A stretch of 64,000 bases of DNA from Nitrospirota bacterium (GTDB lineage: Bacteria > Nitrospirota > Nitrospiria > Nitrospirales > Nitrospiraceae): the NCBI GenBank assembly GCA_002737345.1, contig NSIK01000004.1, positions 128,327 through 192,326 of the forward strand, read 5' to 3'. A program made the position numbers and the translations under genes. Shown piece after piece: positions 54,351-63,502 of this stretch (the first letter of the stretch is position 1; each line of letters begins with the position of its first letter). The notes under the pieces are model-generated. The model saw only the letters and a list, made by a program, of their open reading frames with translations. It made no database searches and was not told where the DNA came from.

Positions 54351-54459
54351 AAAAGTCCGTCAGCTTCGTTTTCGGCTCATCGAAATCCTCAACGTACCCC
54401 GAGATACGTTTCTGGTTTCGACTCGCCTGCGGCCTTGCTGAAGGCCATTTTGAGCGTTC
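54340..54459 (+). repeat. ~120-nt dispersed palindromic element (copy D)
   Basis: AGAACGTTGAAAAAGTCCGTCAGCTTCGTTTTCGG...ATTTTGAGCGTTCT; the TGA stop (54348-54350) of the hydrolase gene lies inside the left terminus. Confidence 0.8.
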
Positions 54460-54512
54460 TGCGCACGTGTGGGCCAGTGAAGCGGTGGGACGGCAGCCGG
54501 GATAATCGGGGA

Positions 54513-54830
54513 CTACGCCAGGTCTTGATAATCGACCCAGGTTTCTTTTTCGGCGAGATACTTTGTGCCTTTGAAATTGGCGCGGGTTCTTAGTTGTTTG
54601 AAGCCGAATCCCTGCATCGCTCCGATGAGTTCCTGCACGGCAGCGCCGATGGTTGAATGTGAATGTCCCTCAACTGTCAGGGCTTCATACATGGTCTTGG
54701 CGGCGTAGCCGGAGGGGGTTCGATTGACGAGGACGGCGCGATTGAAGTACCGGTCACTCGGATCAACTCCTTCGACCTGGTGCTTTTCGACGAGACCTTC
54801 TTTTTTGAAGAGCAGGGGCAGCGAACTCAT
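54513..54830 (-). CDS. hypothetical protein (105 aa)
   Basis: Start at ATG 54830 with GGAGG 5 nt upstream; the longer track ORF (to 55304) runs antisense through pgsA. Confidence 0.55.
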   Translation of the reverse strand: MSSLPLLFKKEGLVEKHQVEGVDPSDRYFNRAVLVNRTPSGYAAKTMYEALTVEGHSHSTIGAAVQELIGAMQGFGFKQLRTRANFKGTKYLAEKETWVDYQDLA

Positions 54831-54971
54831 CACGACCTCCATGACCGGCAAGTGAAATGGCTCAGAGATCCAATTATAGGGAGAGGCTCTGCCGACTGCA
54901 AGCCGTTGACATCCGCGGAGCGCCCTCCTATCATTCCCCCCCGCTAGGGGAGAGAATCGGCCCTGGAAAGT

Positions 54972-55508
54972 ATGAATATCCCCAACAGTTTGACCATCAT
55001 CCGGATCCTCCTGATTCCCTGCTACGTCGGGTTGTTGGTCTATGAGCGGTTCGATCAAGCGCTGATCGTGCTGATTGTGGCGGGCATCACTGACGCGCTC
55101 GATGGGGCGATCGCCCGTATCACGAATCAGCATACGAAGCTGGGGGCCGTGCTGGACCCCTTGGCCGACAAGCTGCTTCTGGCCTCCGGGTTCGTCACGC
55201 TGTCGCTGATTCATTTGATCCCCTCCTGGGTCGCCATCCTCGTGGTCAGCCGGGATTTGATCTTGATGCTGGGTACGGTGGTGGCGCATGTCACGGATTC
55301 CCACGTGGACATTACCCCCACGTTCCTGGGAAAGGGCACGACGTTGTTTCAGCTATCTTATATTGTGATGGTGATATTCCTGAGTTCCCATGATTTCAAC
55401 CCCGCCGTTATGCCGCCGCTCTTGCTCTGCATGGTTTCCTTCACGCTTCTCTCCGGCCTGCACTATCTTTACCGGGGCTATCGGCACACGAGTGCGACCA
55501 ATAGCTAA
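54972..55508 (+). CDS. pgsA: CDP-diacylglycerol--glycerol-3-phosphate 3-phosphatidyltransferase-like
   Basis: DALDGAIARITNQHTKLGAVLDPLADK CDP-alcohol transferase motif; 178 aa, 4-5 TM helices. Confidence 0.85.
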   Translation: MNIPNSLTIIRILLIPCYVGLLVYERFDQALIVLIVAGITDALDGAIARITNQHTKLGAVLDPLADKLLLASGFVTLSLIHLIPSWVAILVVSRDLILMLGTVVAHVTDSHVDITPTFLGKGTTLFQLSYIVMVIFLSSHDFNPAVMPPLLLCMVSFTLLSGLHYLYRGYRHTSATNS

Positions 55509-55640
55509 TTCGAATGGCTGATTAACGGCATTGAAAAAGATTTACTCTTGCAGGCGCTCGAGCGGACCAACTAGGTTAAGAAAAAAGTTGCCAGGTTCCT
55601 CAAACTCAATACGCGATCGCTCCGTTATTGATTAGAGAAG
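55509..55640 (+). pseudogene. relic of a Fis-type HTH (NtrC-family C-terminus) with two in-frame stops
   Basis: Frame 55509 reads FEWLINGIEKDLLLQALERTN*VKKKVARFLKLNTRSLRY*LEKD, matching the pattern lE..li..AL..t.gN...AA..LGi.r.tL.yrl.k. Confidence 0.55.
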
Positions 55641-55641
55641 G

Positions 55642-56583
55642 ATGCGATCAAGGGAGGTCCTAATTAGCCCGCCACTAAGCTCCTCGGCGATCACCGTTTT
55701 TGCTCCGGCCAAAATTAATCTCATTCTCCGCATCCTCGACCGCCGTTCCGACGGGTTTCATAACCTCTGGTCGATCATGCAGACGGTCGGGCTTGAAGAC
55801 GAGGTGCGGATCAGGCTCTGTCCCGACCGGCCTGGCATCCATTTGAGCTGTGACGCCGTGCAGTTGGCGGCGGATGAAAGCAATCTCGTCTATCGCGCCG
55901 CCGCCGCGGTTTTAGCGCGAGCCCGGCGATCGGTCGGTCTCGACATTGAACTGCGGAAACGCATTCCCATGGGCGCGGGTCTGGGTGGGGGGAGCAGCGA
56001 TGCCGCCGCGACGATTATCGGATTGAATCGTTTATTGCGGCTCGGCTGGTCGTCGCTGGAGATGGCTGATGTCGGACAAGCGCTGGGAAGCGATGTGCCT
56101 TTCTTTCTTTTTGCTCCCTCGGCATTTGTGACCAGTCGGGGTGAAACGGTTCGTCCGGTCGTGGTTGAGGGAACGCGCTGGGTCCTGTTGGTCAATCCAG
56201 GGTTCGGGGTCAATACCAAGTGGGCCTACCAGGAATTGGCTGCTACCAGGACCGGGGTCACGTCTTTATCCCAGATCCAGTGCGAGCTCGATCGGCAGGC
56301 ACGGGTGAGTTGGCCGCAATTGGCTGCCGCCGCCGCGAATGACTTCGAATCCCCCGTCTTTGCTGCGCAGGAGAAGCTCCTGGAGATTAAGCAGCGTCTG
56401 CAGGCGCAAGGGGCTGAGATTGCGCTGTTGTCCGGAAGCGGGGCGACGGTGTTCGGGGTCTTTGCAGATGAAGCGGCCGCGCGTCTGGCCCAGGCCACGT
56501 TTGCGGGTGAGCAGGGGATGACCCTGTTCGTCGTCCCGAATTGTTCCGGCCCACTCCTCGTACAAGAGGGAGCTCCGCGATAG
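55642..56583 (+). CDS. ispE: 4-diphosphocytidyl-2-C-methyl-D-erythritol kinase
   Basis: APAKINL start motif and GHMP kinase loop PMGAGLGGGSSDAAA. Confidence 0.92.
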   Translation: MRSREVLISPPLSSSAITVFAPAKINLILRILDRRSDGFHNLWSIMQTVGLEDEVRIRLCPDRPGIHLSCDAVQLAADESNLVYRAAAAVLARARRSVGLDIELRKRIPMGAGLGGGSSDAAATIIGLNRLLRLGWSSLEMADVGQALGSDVPFFLFAPSAFVTSRGETVRPVVVEGTRWVLLVNPGFGVNTKWAYQELAATRTGVTSLSQIQCELDRQARVSWPQLAAAAANDFESPVFAAQEKLLEIKQRLQAQGAEIALLSGSGATVFGVFADEAAARLAQATFAGEQGMTLFVVPNCSGPLLVQEGAPR

Positions 56584-56590
56584 GACTCGG

Positions 56591-56620
56591 TTGACAACCT
56601 TCCGTGCATTCCGTTAGAGT
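56591..56620 (+). promoter_or_regulatory. candidate promoter (TTGACA-18-TAGAGT) giving a ~140-nt leader for prs
   Basis: Consensus -35 directly after the ispE stop. Confidence 0.35.
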
Positions 56621-56767
56621 TTGGCCCCTTAGTTGGCTTCCTCAATAGCGCGCAGTTCAGAGGGGTAGGCGAGCAGTACCGTTGCGCCTGCCGAACGCCG
56701 TCGAGACGAACCACGCAACGAAATCAGAATCTTAGCAGTTGTATCCAAAGGATTATCTGGAAAATCA

Positions 56768-57709
56768 ATGAGTGGAGCGATCAAGATATTCTCCGGTAAT
56801 GCGAATCCGGCCTTGGCCCATGAGATTTGTGCCTATCTCGGGATAAAGCTTGGCGAGGCCACGGTTGCATCATTTAGCGACGGTGAGATTCGCGTCAAGA
56901 TCGAGGAAAACGTGCGCGGCGCCGACGTCTTCGTCGTGCAGTCCAGCTGTCAGCCGGTCAATGACTCCCTGATGGAGCTGTTGATCATCATTGATGCGCT
57001 CAAACGGTCCTCCGCGAATCGCATCACCGCAGTCATCCCCTATTTTGGCTATGCCAGGCAGGATCGCAAGGACCAGCCGCGGGTGCCGATCTCGGCGAAG
57101 CTCGTGGCCGATCTGATCAGCACGGCCGGCACGGACCGCGTCCTCACGATGGACCTCCATGCGGGCCAGATCCAGGGATTCTTCAATATCCCGGTGGACC
57201 ATCTCTACGCGCTTCCCGTCCTGCTGGATTACATTACCAAGCAAAAGGTCAGCGATCTGGTGGTGGTGTCTCCGGATGCCGGTGGCGTGGAGCGGGCCAG
57301 AGCATTTGCGAAACGGCTGCAAGCGAATTTGGCCATTATCGACAAGCGGCGTGAAGGCCCCAACCAGACGCAGGTGATGAACATCATCGGCGACGTGTCG
57401 GGCAAGAGCGCATTGTTGTTGGACGACATGATCGACACGGCCGGCACTATCGTGAAGGGGGCGCAGGCCTGTTTCGATAAGGGGGCGCGGGAAGTCTGGA
57501 CCGCTTGCACCCACGCTGTGCTGACCGGGCCGTCGTTGGACCGGATTCAGCAGTCCTGCCTGAAACAGGTGATCGTCACTAATTCGATTCCGTTGCGGGG
57601 CAAGGAGCAGATCTGTCCGAAGTTACATCAATTATCGGTCGCGCCACTTTTGGGTGAAGCGATCCGGCGTATCCATGAAGATGAGTCGGTCAGTTCATTG
57701 TTTGCTTAG
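56768..57709 (+). CDS. prs: ribose-phosphate pyrophosphokinase
   Basis: [10 protein letters not shown] and PRPP-binding loop [12 protein letters not shown]. Confidence 0.95.
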   Translation: MSGAIKIFSGNANPALAHEICAYLGIKLGEATVASFSDGEIRVKIEENVRGADVFVVQSSCQPVNDSLMELLIIIDALKRSSANRITAVIPYFGYARQDRKDQPRVPISAKLVADLISTAGTDRVLTMDLHAGQIQGFFNIPVDHLYALPVLLDYITKQKVSDLVVVSPDAGGVERARAFAKRLQANLAIIDKRREGPNQTQVMNIIGDVSGKSALLLDDMIDTAGTIVKGAQACFDKGAREVWTACTHAVLTGPSLDRIQQSCLKQVIVTNSIPLRGKEQICPKLHQLSVAPLLGEAIRRIHEDESVSSLFA

Positions 57710-57759
57710 CTTGAGATCACAGCATATGAAGATTAGCGAGAAGGGGACGGAGGAGCACC

Positions 57760-58530
57760 ATGAAATTTGAACTAGCAGTCACAGTAAGAGAAACAACGGG
57801 CAAAGGTGCAGCGCGACAGCTTCGGCGGGAAGGCAAGATCCCCGGGGTGTTGTATGGGCAGGGGGAATGCCTGATGTTGACGATTGAGCCAGATAGCTTG
57901 GTCAAGATTTTGAAGGCCCAGTCCGGAGGGTCCGCGCTCGTGTCGCTCACGTTGCTTGGCGCGAAGTCTAAACCGAAACGGACTGCGCTCCTGCGCGATT
58001 TCCAGGTTGATCCGGTCGAAGGTAATGTGCTGCATGCGGATTTGTTTGAAATCTCGATGAATAAGCCGATTCGCGTCAAGGTGCCCCTGCATTTGACCGG
58101 CGGCGTGCCGGCTGGCGTCAAGGAAGGCGGCATCCTGCACCACAATATGCGCGAGTTGCATATTGAATGTTTGCCGGATGTGTTGCCGGACTTCATCGAA
58201 GTTGATGCGTCCGGTCTCAATATTTCGCAGGGCCTCCATTTGAAAGATGTGGTCGTGCACGAAGGGATCCGCTATCTCGACGATCCTGAGCAGATGGTCG
58301 TGAGCGTGGCCGCGCCGATCACGGAAGCCAAGCTTGAATCGCTCCTGGCTAGCGGTACGGCAGTGGCAGAGGGCGGGAAAGAGCCTGAAGTGGCGGCCAA
58401 GGGCAAAGTTGAAGGCGCGGCTGGCGGCGATGCGGCGAAGGCTGGTGTGGTTGCCGATGTCAAGGGCGGTGACAAGAAGGGCGCTGCTGCGCCAAAAGCT
58501 GAGAAGAAAGAAACCGAAAAGAAGAAGTAA
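57760..58530 (+). CDS. rplY: 50S ribosomal protein L25 / general stress protein Ctc
   Basis: N-terminal RETTGKGAARQLRREGKIPGVLYG; Lys/Ala/Glu-rich tail. Confidence 0.9.
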   Translation: MKFELAVTVRETTGKGAARQLRREGKIPGVLYGQGECLMLTIEPDSLVKILKAQSGGSALVSLTLLGAKSKPKRTALLRDFQVDPVEGNVLHADLFEISMNKPIRVKVPLHLTGGVPAGVKEGGILHHNMRELHIECLPDVLPDFIEVDASGLNISQGLHLKDVVVHEGIRYLDDPEQMVVSVAAPITEAKLESLLASGTAVAEGGKEPEVAAKGKVEGAAGGDAAKAGVVADVKGGDKKGAAAPKAEKKETEKKK

Positions 58531-58532
58531 CG

Positions 58533-59129
58533 TTGCGTCTCATTCTTGGGCTGGGCAATCCGGGCGCGTCCTATGCCAAGACCCGCCACAACGCCGGTAT
58601 GTGGACTATCGAGCGGGCAGCCGCTCGGTGGTCCATCCGTCTCTCCAGGCGCGGGATGGCCCAGCGCGGCTCGGGACGACTCGGGTCGGAACTCCTCGAA
58701 CTTGCCGGCACGCTCGACTGGATGAATCTTACCGGTCCTCCGCTCAAAGGTCTCCTTCGCGAGTATTCGCTCACAGCCGACGATCTCATCCTCATCCACG
58801 ACGATCTGGACCTTGACCTGGGACGTCTCCGGATCAAGCAGGGCGGCGGGCATGGGGGACACAACGGAATCAAGTCGATCATTGAGGCGATCGGGACGCC
58901 GGAGTTTGTGCGGATCAAGATCGGAATCGGTCGGCCGGCTCCGCACCAGGATTCAGCTGATTACGTGCTACAGGCCTTCACAACAGAAGAGGTCGAGGTC
59001 TTGAACCCCTGTCTGGATCGAGCCGTCGATGCCCTGGACTGTCTGATCCACCAGGGAACGGCTGCAGGGATGAACCAGTTTAATATACGGGAGAATCCGG
59101 GAGGGGATGCGGGGGCGCAGCCTGGCTGA
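58533..59129 (+). CDS. pth: peptidyl-tRNA hydrolase
   Basis: LILGLGNPG...TRHNAG and GGHGGHNG motifs; TTG start. Confidence 0.9.
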   Translation: MRLILGLGNPGASYAKTRHNAGMWTIERAAARWSIRLSRRGMAQRGSGRLGSELLELAGTLDWMNLTGPPLKGLLREYSLTADDLILIHDDLDLDLGRLRIKQGGGHGGHNGIKSIIEAIGTPEFVRIKIGIGRPAPHQDSADYVLQAFTTEEVEVLNPCLDRAVDALDCLIHQGTAAGMNQFNIRENPGGDAGAQPG

Positions 59130-59159
59130 GCGCAGGGTCGAAAGTGCGTCCCCTTTGGT

Positions 59160-59189
59160 TTGACAGCTTCTTCAAGGCTATGGTAGTTT
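59160..59189 (+). promoter_or_regulatory. candidate promoter of the rpsF operon (TTGACA-18-TAGTTT)
   Basis: Consensus -35; weak -10. Confidence 0.3.
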
Positions 59190-59271
59190 TACCCCTTCGC
59201 GCTGGCTGAACCAGCGCGCCAACACCTTGCTCCCGACTTGTTCGGGGGCCTTTGTCCAGGAGGATTGCTTC

Positions 59272-59619
59272 ATGGAGCTCTACGAGTCTCTGTTCATTAT
59301 CCGTACGTCTATCTCCGATGAGGAGACCGCTGCCCTGATCGCCAAGATGAAGGCAGTGGCGGAAAAGACCGGCGCACAGTTCATCAAATCTGAAAATTTG
59401 GGCAAGAAGAAGCTCGCCTACGAGGTGAAGCGGGAGCGGAAGGGCACGTACGCCTACTTCTACTTCAGAGCGCCCAGTATCACGGTTGGTGAATTGGAGC
59501 GATCTTATCGTCTGGAAGACCCCATCATCAAGTTTTTGACCGTCCATCTGAAAAAAGAACTAGTGGCGCCACGTCCGCTCGAGGCGTCATCGGAGGAGTT
59601 CGCCGGTGGCCGGGTTTAA
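59272..59619 (+). CDS. rpsF: 30S ribosomal protein S6
   Basis: MELYESLFIIR start, AGGAGG Shine-Dalgarno at 59259-59264. Confidence 0.92.
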   Translation: MELYESLFIIRTSISDEETAALIAKMKAVAEKTGAQFIKSENLGKKKLAYEVKRERKGTYAYFYFRAPSITVGELERSYRLEDPIIKFLTVHLKKELVAPRPLEASSEEFAGGRV

Positions 59620-60004
59620 TAAAGTCATCCTCATCGGGAACCTCACGAGAAGCCCCGAGCTGCGGTATACGCCGAACGGAACGCCGGTGGCCAGTTTGGG
59701 CTTGGCGGTCAGCCGGCGCTATAAGCAGGGGGAGGAATTGAAAGAGGAAGTCTGTTTTGTCGATATTGTGGTGTTCGGCAAGCAAGCGGAACATTGCGGG
59801 CAGTACCTTAGTAAGGGGAGCGGGGTCATCGTTGACGGGCGGCTGCAGCAGCGCCGGTGGGAAACGGAAGACGGCCAGAAGCGCAGTAAGCACGAGGTGG
59901 TGGCCCAAACGGTAACGTTCATGCCGAAGCGCCAGGATGGCAGCGGTGGGGCTGAGGCGCCGGCGCATGATGATGTCGGCTATGAACCCGAAGAGCACGT
60001 CTAA
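59606..60004 (+). CDS. ssb: single-stranded DNA-binding protein
   Basis: OB-fold N-terminus [26 protein letters not shown]; position in the rpsF-ssb-rpsR operon. Confidence 0.9.
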   Translation: MAGFNKVILIGNLTRSPELRYTPNGTPVASLGLAVSRRYKQGEELKEEVCFVDIVVFGKQAEHCGQYLSKGSGVIVDGRLQQRRWETEDGQKRSKHEVVAQTVTFMPKRQDGSGGAEAPAHDDVGYEPEEHV

Positions 60005-60021
60005 CAGAGAGGGAGACGGTT

Positions 60022-60285
60022 ATGGAGCGTGAACAGGGCGGAGATCGTGAGGGGGGCGGTGGAGGCGGACGGTTTTTTCAACGCCGCAGGCCTTGCCGGT
60101 TTTGCATTGAAAAAGGGGCGATTGATTTCAAAGATGTCGGTTTGCTGAGAAACTTTTTGACGGAGCGTGGTCGGATTGTGCCGCGGCGTATATCCGGCAA
60201 TTGCATGAGGCACCAGCGCGAATTGACGGCAGCCGTCAAGCGGGCTCGGCACATCGCCCTCATCAGCTTTGCGGAAGAGAGATAG
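60022..60285 (+). CDS. rpsR: 30S ribosomal protein S18
   Basis: CRFC...[26 protein letters not shown]...HQR signature. Confidence 0.92.
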   Translation: MEREQGGDREGGGGGGRFFQRRRPCRFCIEKGAIDFKDVGLLRNFLTERGRIVPRRISGNCMRHQRELTAAVKRARHIALISFAEER

Positions 60286-60292
60286 ATAACCG

Positions 60293-60925
60293 GTGACGTT
60301 GGGGATGGGAATGCAGGTAGGTGCCACGATGGATTTATTGACGCCCCTACTGGCGGACATCACGGACGACGGGCTCTCGCTGGTTGGCGAGGTCACGGCC
60401 GAAGAGCTCGGCTTGACCGACGATGATGCCGCGGCCCGTGGCCCTCTGGCGGTCAGTCTGGACCTAACCAACGTCGAAGGGCTGGTTGCCGTGACCGGTG
60501 TGCTGGAAGGCACGATCGTACGCGAGTGTGTGCGATGTTTGAAACAGTATGAAGATTCCTTGGCCTTTTCTGTGCGGGCGGCTTTTATTCCGGAGCCCAA
60601 GCCAGCATCGAAGCTTCCGAATCGCGTCGACCCCAGAAAGGCGCGCGAGGAGGCCGCAGCGGCCGAAGAAGAAGAGGATCTGGACGATCAGTATCAATAT
60701 CAGGGTAACCGTCTCGATCTCGCTCCCATGTTACGCGAGCATGTGATCCTGGCGGCGCCGATGCAGCCGATCTGCAGCCACGAGTGTTTGGGGCTATGCG
60801 CGCGATGCGGGAAGAACTTGAATGAGGGGCCCTGTCAGTGTGCCGCGGAACCACCGATTCCGATGTTTCGGGTGGTCCAGAGCATGAAACGCAAGACCGG
60901 CGGATCATCAGCCTCCGAGGCCTGA
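60293..60925 (+). CDS. yceD: YceD (DUF177) family protein
   Basis: CVRCL...C(x)nCxxCGxNLN Cys pattern; canonical position upstream of rpmF. Confidence 0.8.
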   Translation: MTLGMGMQVGATMDLLTPLLADITDDGLSLVGEVTAEELGLTDDDAAARGPLAVSLDLTNVEGLVAVTGVLEGTIVRECVRCLKQYEDSLAFSVRAAFIPEPKPASKLPNRVDPRKAREEAAAAEEEEDLDDQYQYQGNRLDLAPMLREHVILAAPMQPICSHECLGLCARCGKNLNEGPCQCAAEPPIPMFRVVQSMKRKTGGSSASEA

Positions 60926-60957
60926 CCGTCTGCTACGAAGAGTGAGAAGGAGTTGCC

Positions 60958-61143
60958 ATGCCAAATCCGAAACATAAACATTCACGGGAACGCCGCGATA
61001 CGCGACGCACCCAGAAGTTGCGCATGACCCCTCCGGGCATGTCCGTCTGTCCGCAGTGCCATGAGATCAAGCTGCCTCATTATGCCTGTTTGAAGTGCGG
61101 AACGTATAAGGGCAAGGCGGTTATCCAGGTCGAAGAGTCCTAG
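60958..61143 (+). CDS. rpmF: 50S ribosomal protein L32
   Basis: MPNPKHKHSRERRDTRR start and CPQC...CLKC zinc ribbon. Confidence 0.92.
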   Translation: MPNPKHKHSRERRDTRRTQKLRMTPPGMSVCPQCHEIKLPHYACLKCGTYKGKAVIQVEES

Positions 61144-61327
61144 GCCACTCGCCTGTGGGCAAGGCTCACAGGCACGAGTGCTTCAAGGATCACGGCGGGG
61201 TCATCTCTGCTCGCCTGTTGCGTCAATCATTTCAATGCTTTACACTTCTCCTGCATGTCGCGTGGTGACGGCCTGTCGTCGACCGTGACCGCGTGGCACA
61301 TCATCACTCGATGAGTACCTGGTCGCT

Positions 61328-62353
61328 ATGAAAATTGCGCTTGATGCCATGGGCGGTGACCATGGACCGGCCCCGGCCATTGAGGGGGCGCTCCAGGCTG
61401 CCCAGGAATGTGATGTCGAGGTCATCCTTGTCGGCGATGAGGCCCTGCTCACCGCTGAATGTCGACGCCTTGGCTGTACCGATCCTCGTCTATCGATTCG
61501 CCATGCCGCGCAAGTCGTCGAGATGCACGAATCGCCCGCGACGGTTGCCCGTAAAAAGAGAAATTCCTCCATTTGGATTGCGACCGAGTTGGTCAAGAGC
61601 GGCGAGGCCAGCGCCGTCGTCAGCCCCGGGAACACCGGCGCCAGCATGGTGGCCTCTTTTTTTGTGCTCGGGCTGACCAAAGGTGTTGAGCGTCCGGCGA
61701 TTGCGACCTGCCTGCCTACGCTGACCGGCATGGCCATCATGTTGGATGTTGGGGCGAACGTAGATTGTAGCGCCCAGCATCTGGCGCAATTCGCCATTAT
61801 GGGGAATGAATACGGCAAGCATCTTTTCGGGAAGCCCAATCCGCGCGTCGGACTCTTAAGCATCGGGGAAGAGGACAGTAAAGGCAATGAAGTGACGAAG
61901 GAAGCCTTCAAGCTTTTGAAGGCCAGCTCGCTCAACTTCATCGGGAATGTCGAGGGCCGCGATGTGTACAGCGGGAGTGCGGATGTGGTGGTGTGCGACG
62001 GATTTATCGGGAACGTTGCGTTGAAGATTTCCGAGGGCGTGGCCGATACGATCAAGAAATTGCTGCTCAAGGAAATCTCAGGGTCCTTCTTCGGCCGCTT
62101 GGCTTACCCGCTCATTGCCAAGCCGTTGCTGAATTTGAAAAAACGAATCGATTACGCAGAATTCGGCGGGGCGCCGCTATTGGGCGTCAACGGCATTACG
62201 ATGATCTGTCATGGCCGTTCGTCTGCCAAGGCGATTAAGAATGCCATTCGTCGGGCGAAAGGCTTGGCCGAGAGTCGCGTCGATGAGTTGATCCAACGTG
62301 ATATTCAAGAGAGCCTCTCGCAACCTAAACCGGCTGGGGATGTTTCAGCATGA
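61328..62353 (+). CDS. plsX: phosphate acyltransferase PlsX
   Basis: IALDAMGGDHGP start motif; GNVEGRD; CDGFIGNV. Confidence 0.93.
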   Translation: MKIALDAMGGDHGPAPAIEGALQAAQECDVEVILVGDEALLTAECRRLGCTDPRLSIRHAAQVVEMHESPATVARKKRNSSIWIATELVKSGEASAVVSPGNTGASMVASFFVLGLTKGVERPAIATCLPTLTGMAIMLDVGANVDCSAQHLAQFAIMGNEYGKHLFGKPNPRVGLLSIGEEDSKGNEVTKEAFKLLKASSLNFIGNVEGRDVYSGSADVVVCDGFIGNVALKISEGVADTIKKLLLKEISGSFFGRLAYPLIAKPLLNLKKRIDYAEFGGAPLLGVNGITMICHGRSSAKAIKNAIRRAKGLAESRVDELIQRDIQESLSQPKPAGDVSA

Positions 62354-63324
62354 GGGCCCGCATTGCGGGGACCGGCTCCTATGTGCCGACCAAAGTGCTG
62401 ACTAATGCTGATTTGGAAGGGATGGTGGCCACCTCGGACGAATGGATCGTCGAGCGGACGGGTATCCGCGAGCGGCATGTGGCCGGTCCCGGTGAAGCCT
62501 GTTCCGATCTGGCAGTGAAGGCGGCGGAGCGGGCCTTGGCTGCTGCGGGGGTGAGTGCGGCCGATCTCGATCTGATTCTGTTGGCAACCTGTACGGGCGA
62601 TTATCCTCTGCCTGCCACGGCCTGTGTGATCCAGCATCGTTTGGGAGCCACGAAAGCGGCGGCCTGCGATTTGTCGGCCGCCTGTTGCGGGTTTGTCTAT
62701 GCCCTATCGATGGCGGATGCCTATATCAAAACCGGCATGCGCCATGTGTTAATCATTGGGTCGGAAGTGATGTCGGGGATTACCGACTGGACCGATCGCA
62801 ACACCTGCATTCTATTCGGCGACGGAGCCGGATCCGCCGTAATCAGCGCCAGTGAAAATGACCATGGAATTCTTTCGACGCACCTTCGTTCCGATGGCAG
62901 TCTCTGCGATTTGATCACGGTGCCAGGGGGCGGGTCGCGCCTGCCTCCTTCTGAGAAAGTCGTGGCGGAGCGGATGCAGTATATTAAGATGAAGGGGAAC
63001 GAGACCTTCAAGGTGGCGGTGCGGACCCTAGAGGAAGTGGCGAGGGAGACCTTGGCTTCGAATAATCTTGGTGTCGAGGATCTCGACCTTTATGTGCCAC
63101 ATCAAGCCAACATTCGTATTCTGAAGGCAGTGGCCAGCCGTCTTGGACTTCCTCCTGAAAAAGTGATGTTGAACCTCGATCGCTACGGGAACACCTCGGC
63201 TGCTTCGATTCCCATTGCCCTGGATGAAGCGATGCGTCAGGGCCGGATTAAAGAGGGTAGCTTGGTCATGCTGGGGGCCTTCGGGGCCGGCTTGACCTGG
63301 GCCTCGGCACTCATCCGATGGTAG
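62350..63324 (+). CDS. fabH: 3-oxoacyl-ACP synthase III
   Basis: Catalytic Cys (SAACCGF), His (VPHQAN) and Asn (GNTSAAS) contexts. Confidence 0.93.
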   Translation: MRARIAGTGSYVPTKVLTNADLEGMVATSDEWIVERTGIRERHVAGPGEACSDLAVKAAERALAAAGVSAADLDLILLATCTGDYPLPATACVIQHRLGATKAAACDLSAACCGFVYALSMADAYIKTGMRHVLIIGSEVMSGITDWTDRNTCILFGDGAGSAVISASENDHGILSTHLRSDGSLCDLITVPGGGSRLPPSEKVVAERMQYIKMKGNETFKVAVRTLEEVARETLASNNLGVEDLDLYVPHQANIRILKAVASRLGLPPEKVMLNLDRYGNTSAASIPIALDEAMRQGRIKEGSLVMLGAFGAGLTWASALIRW

Positions 63325-63502
63325 GACAAGAAACGAGCAGCTATCCGCGTACAGCTTGCGAGCGTAAGAAACTTTTCCCGTTGACATTCAAGAGAAATTC
63401 GACGATATCTAAGCACGGAAACGGCGCATGGCGCCCTCTCCAGTTTTGAGTATTATTATAATGATGAGAGCAACCAGTAGCCCCGTGCGATCACTCCGGT
63501 AG

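Noticed and set aside
10424-54459. Autonomous mobile element or genomic-island boundaries associated with the repeats
   Set aside because: No transposase, integrase, recombinase or tRNA attachment site is present anywhere in the window, and no target-site duplications could be seen flanking the copies.
54831-55304. N-terminal extension of the minus-strand ORF 54513-55304
   Set aside because: It runs antisense through pgsA and is His/Asp/Gln/Pro-rich. An internal ATG at 54830 has a GGAGG Shine-Dalgarno and leaves a divergent promoter gap.
63325-63502. Promoter or ncRNA in the AT-richer 178-nt gap between fabH and fabD
   Set aside because: A TTGACA hexamer is present, but there is no acceptable -10 at 16-19 nt. 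The TATAAT further downstream has no -35. No convincing structure was seen, so the region is left unannotated.
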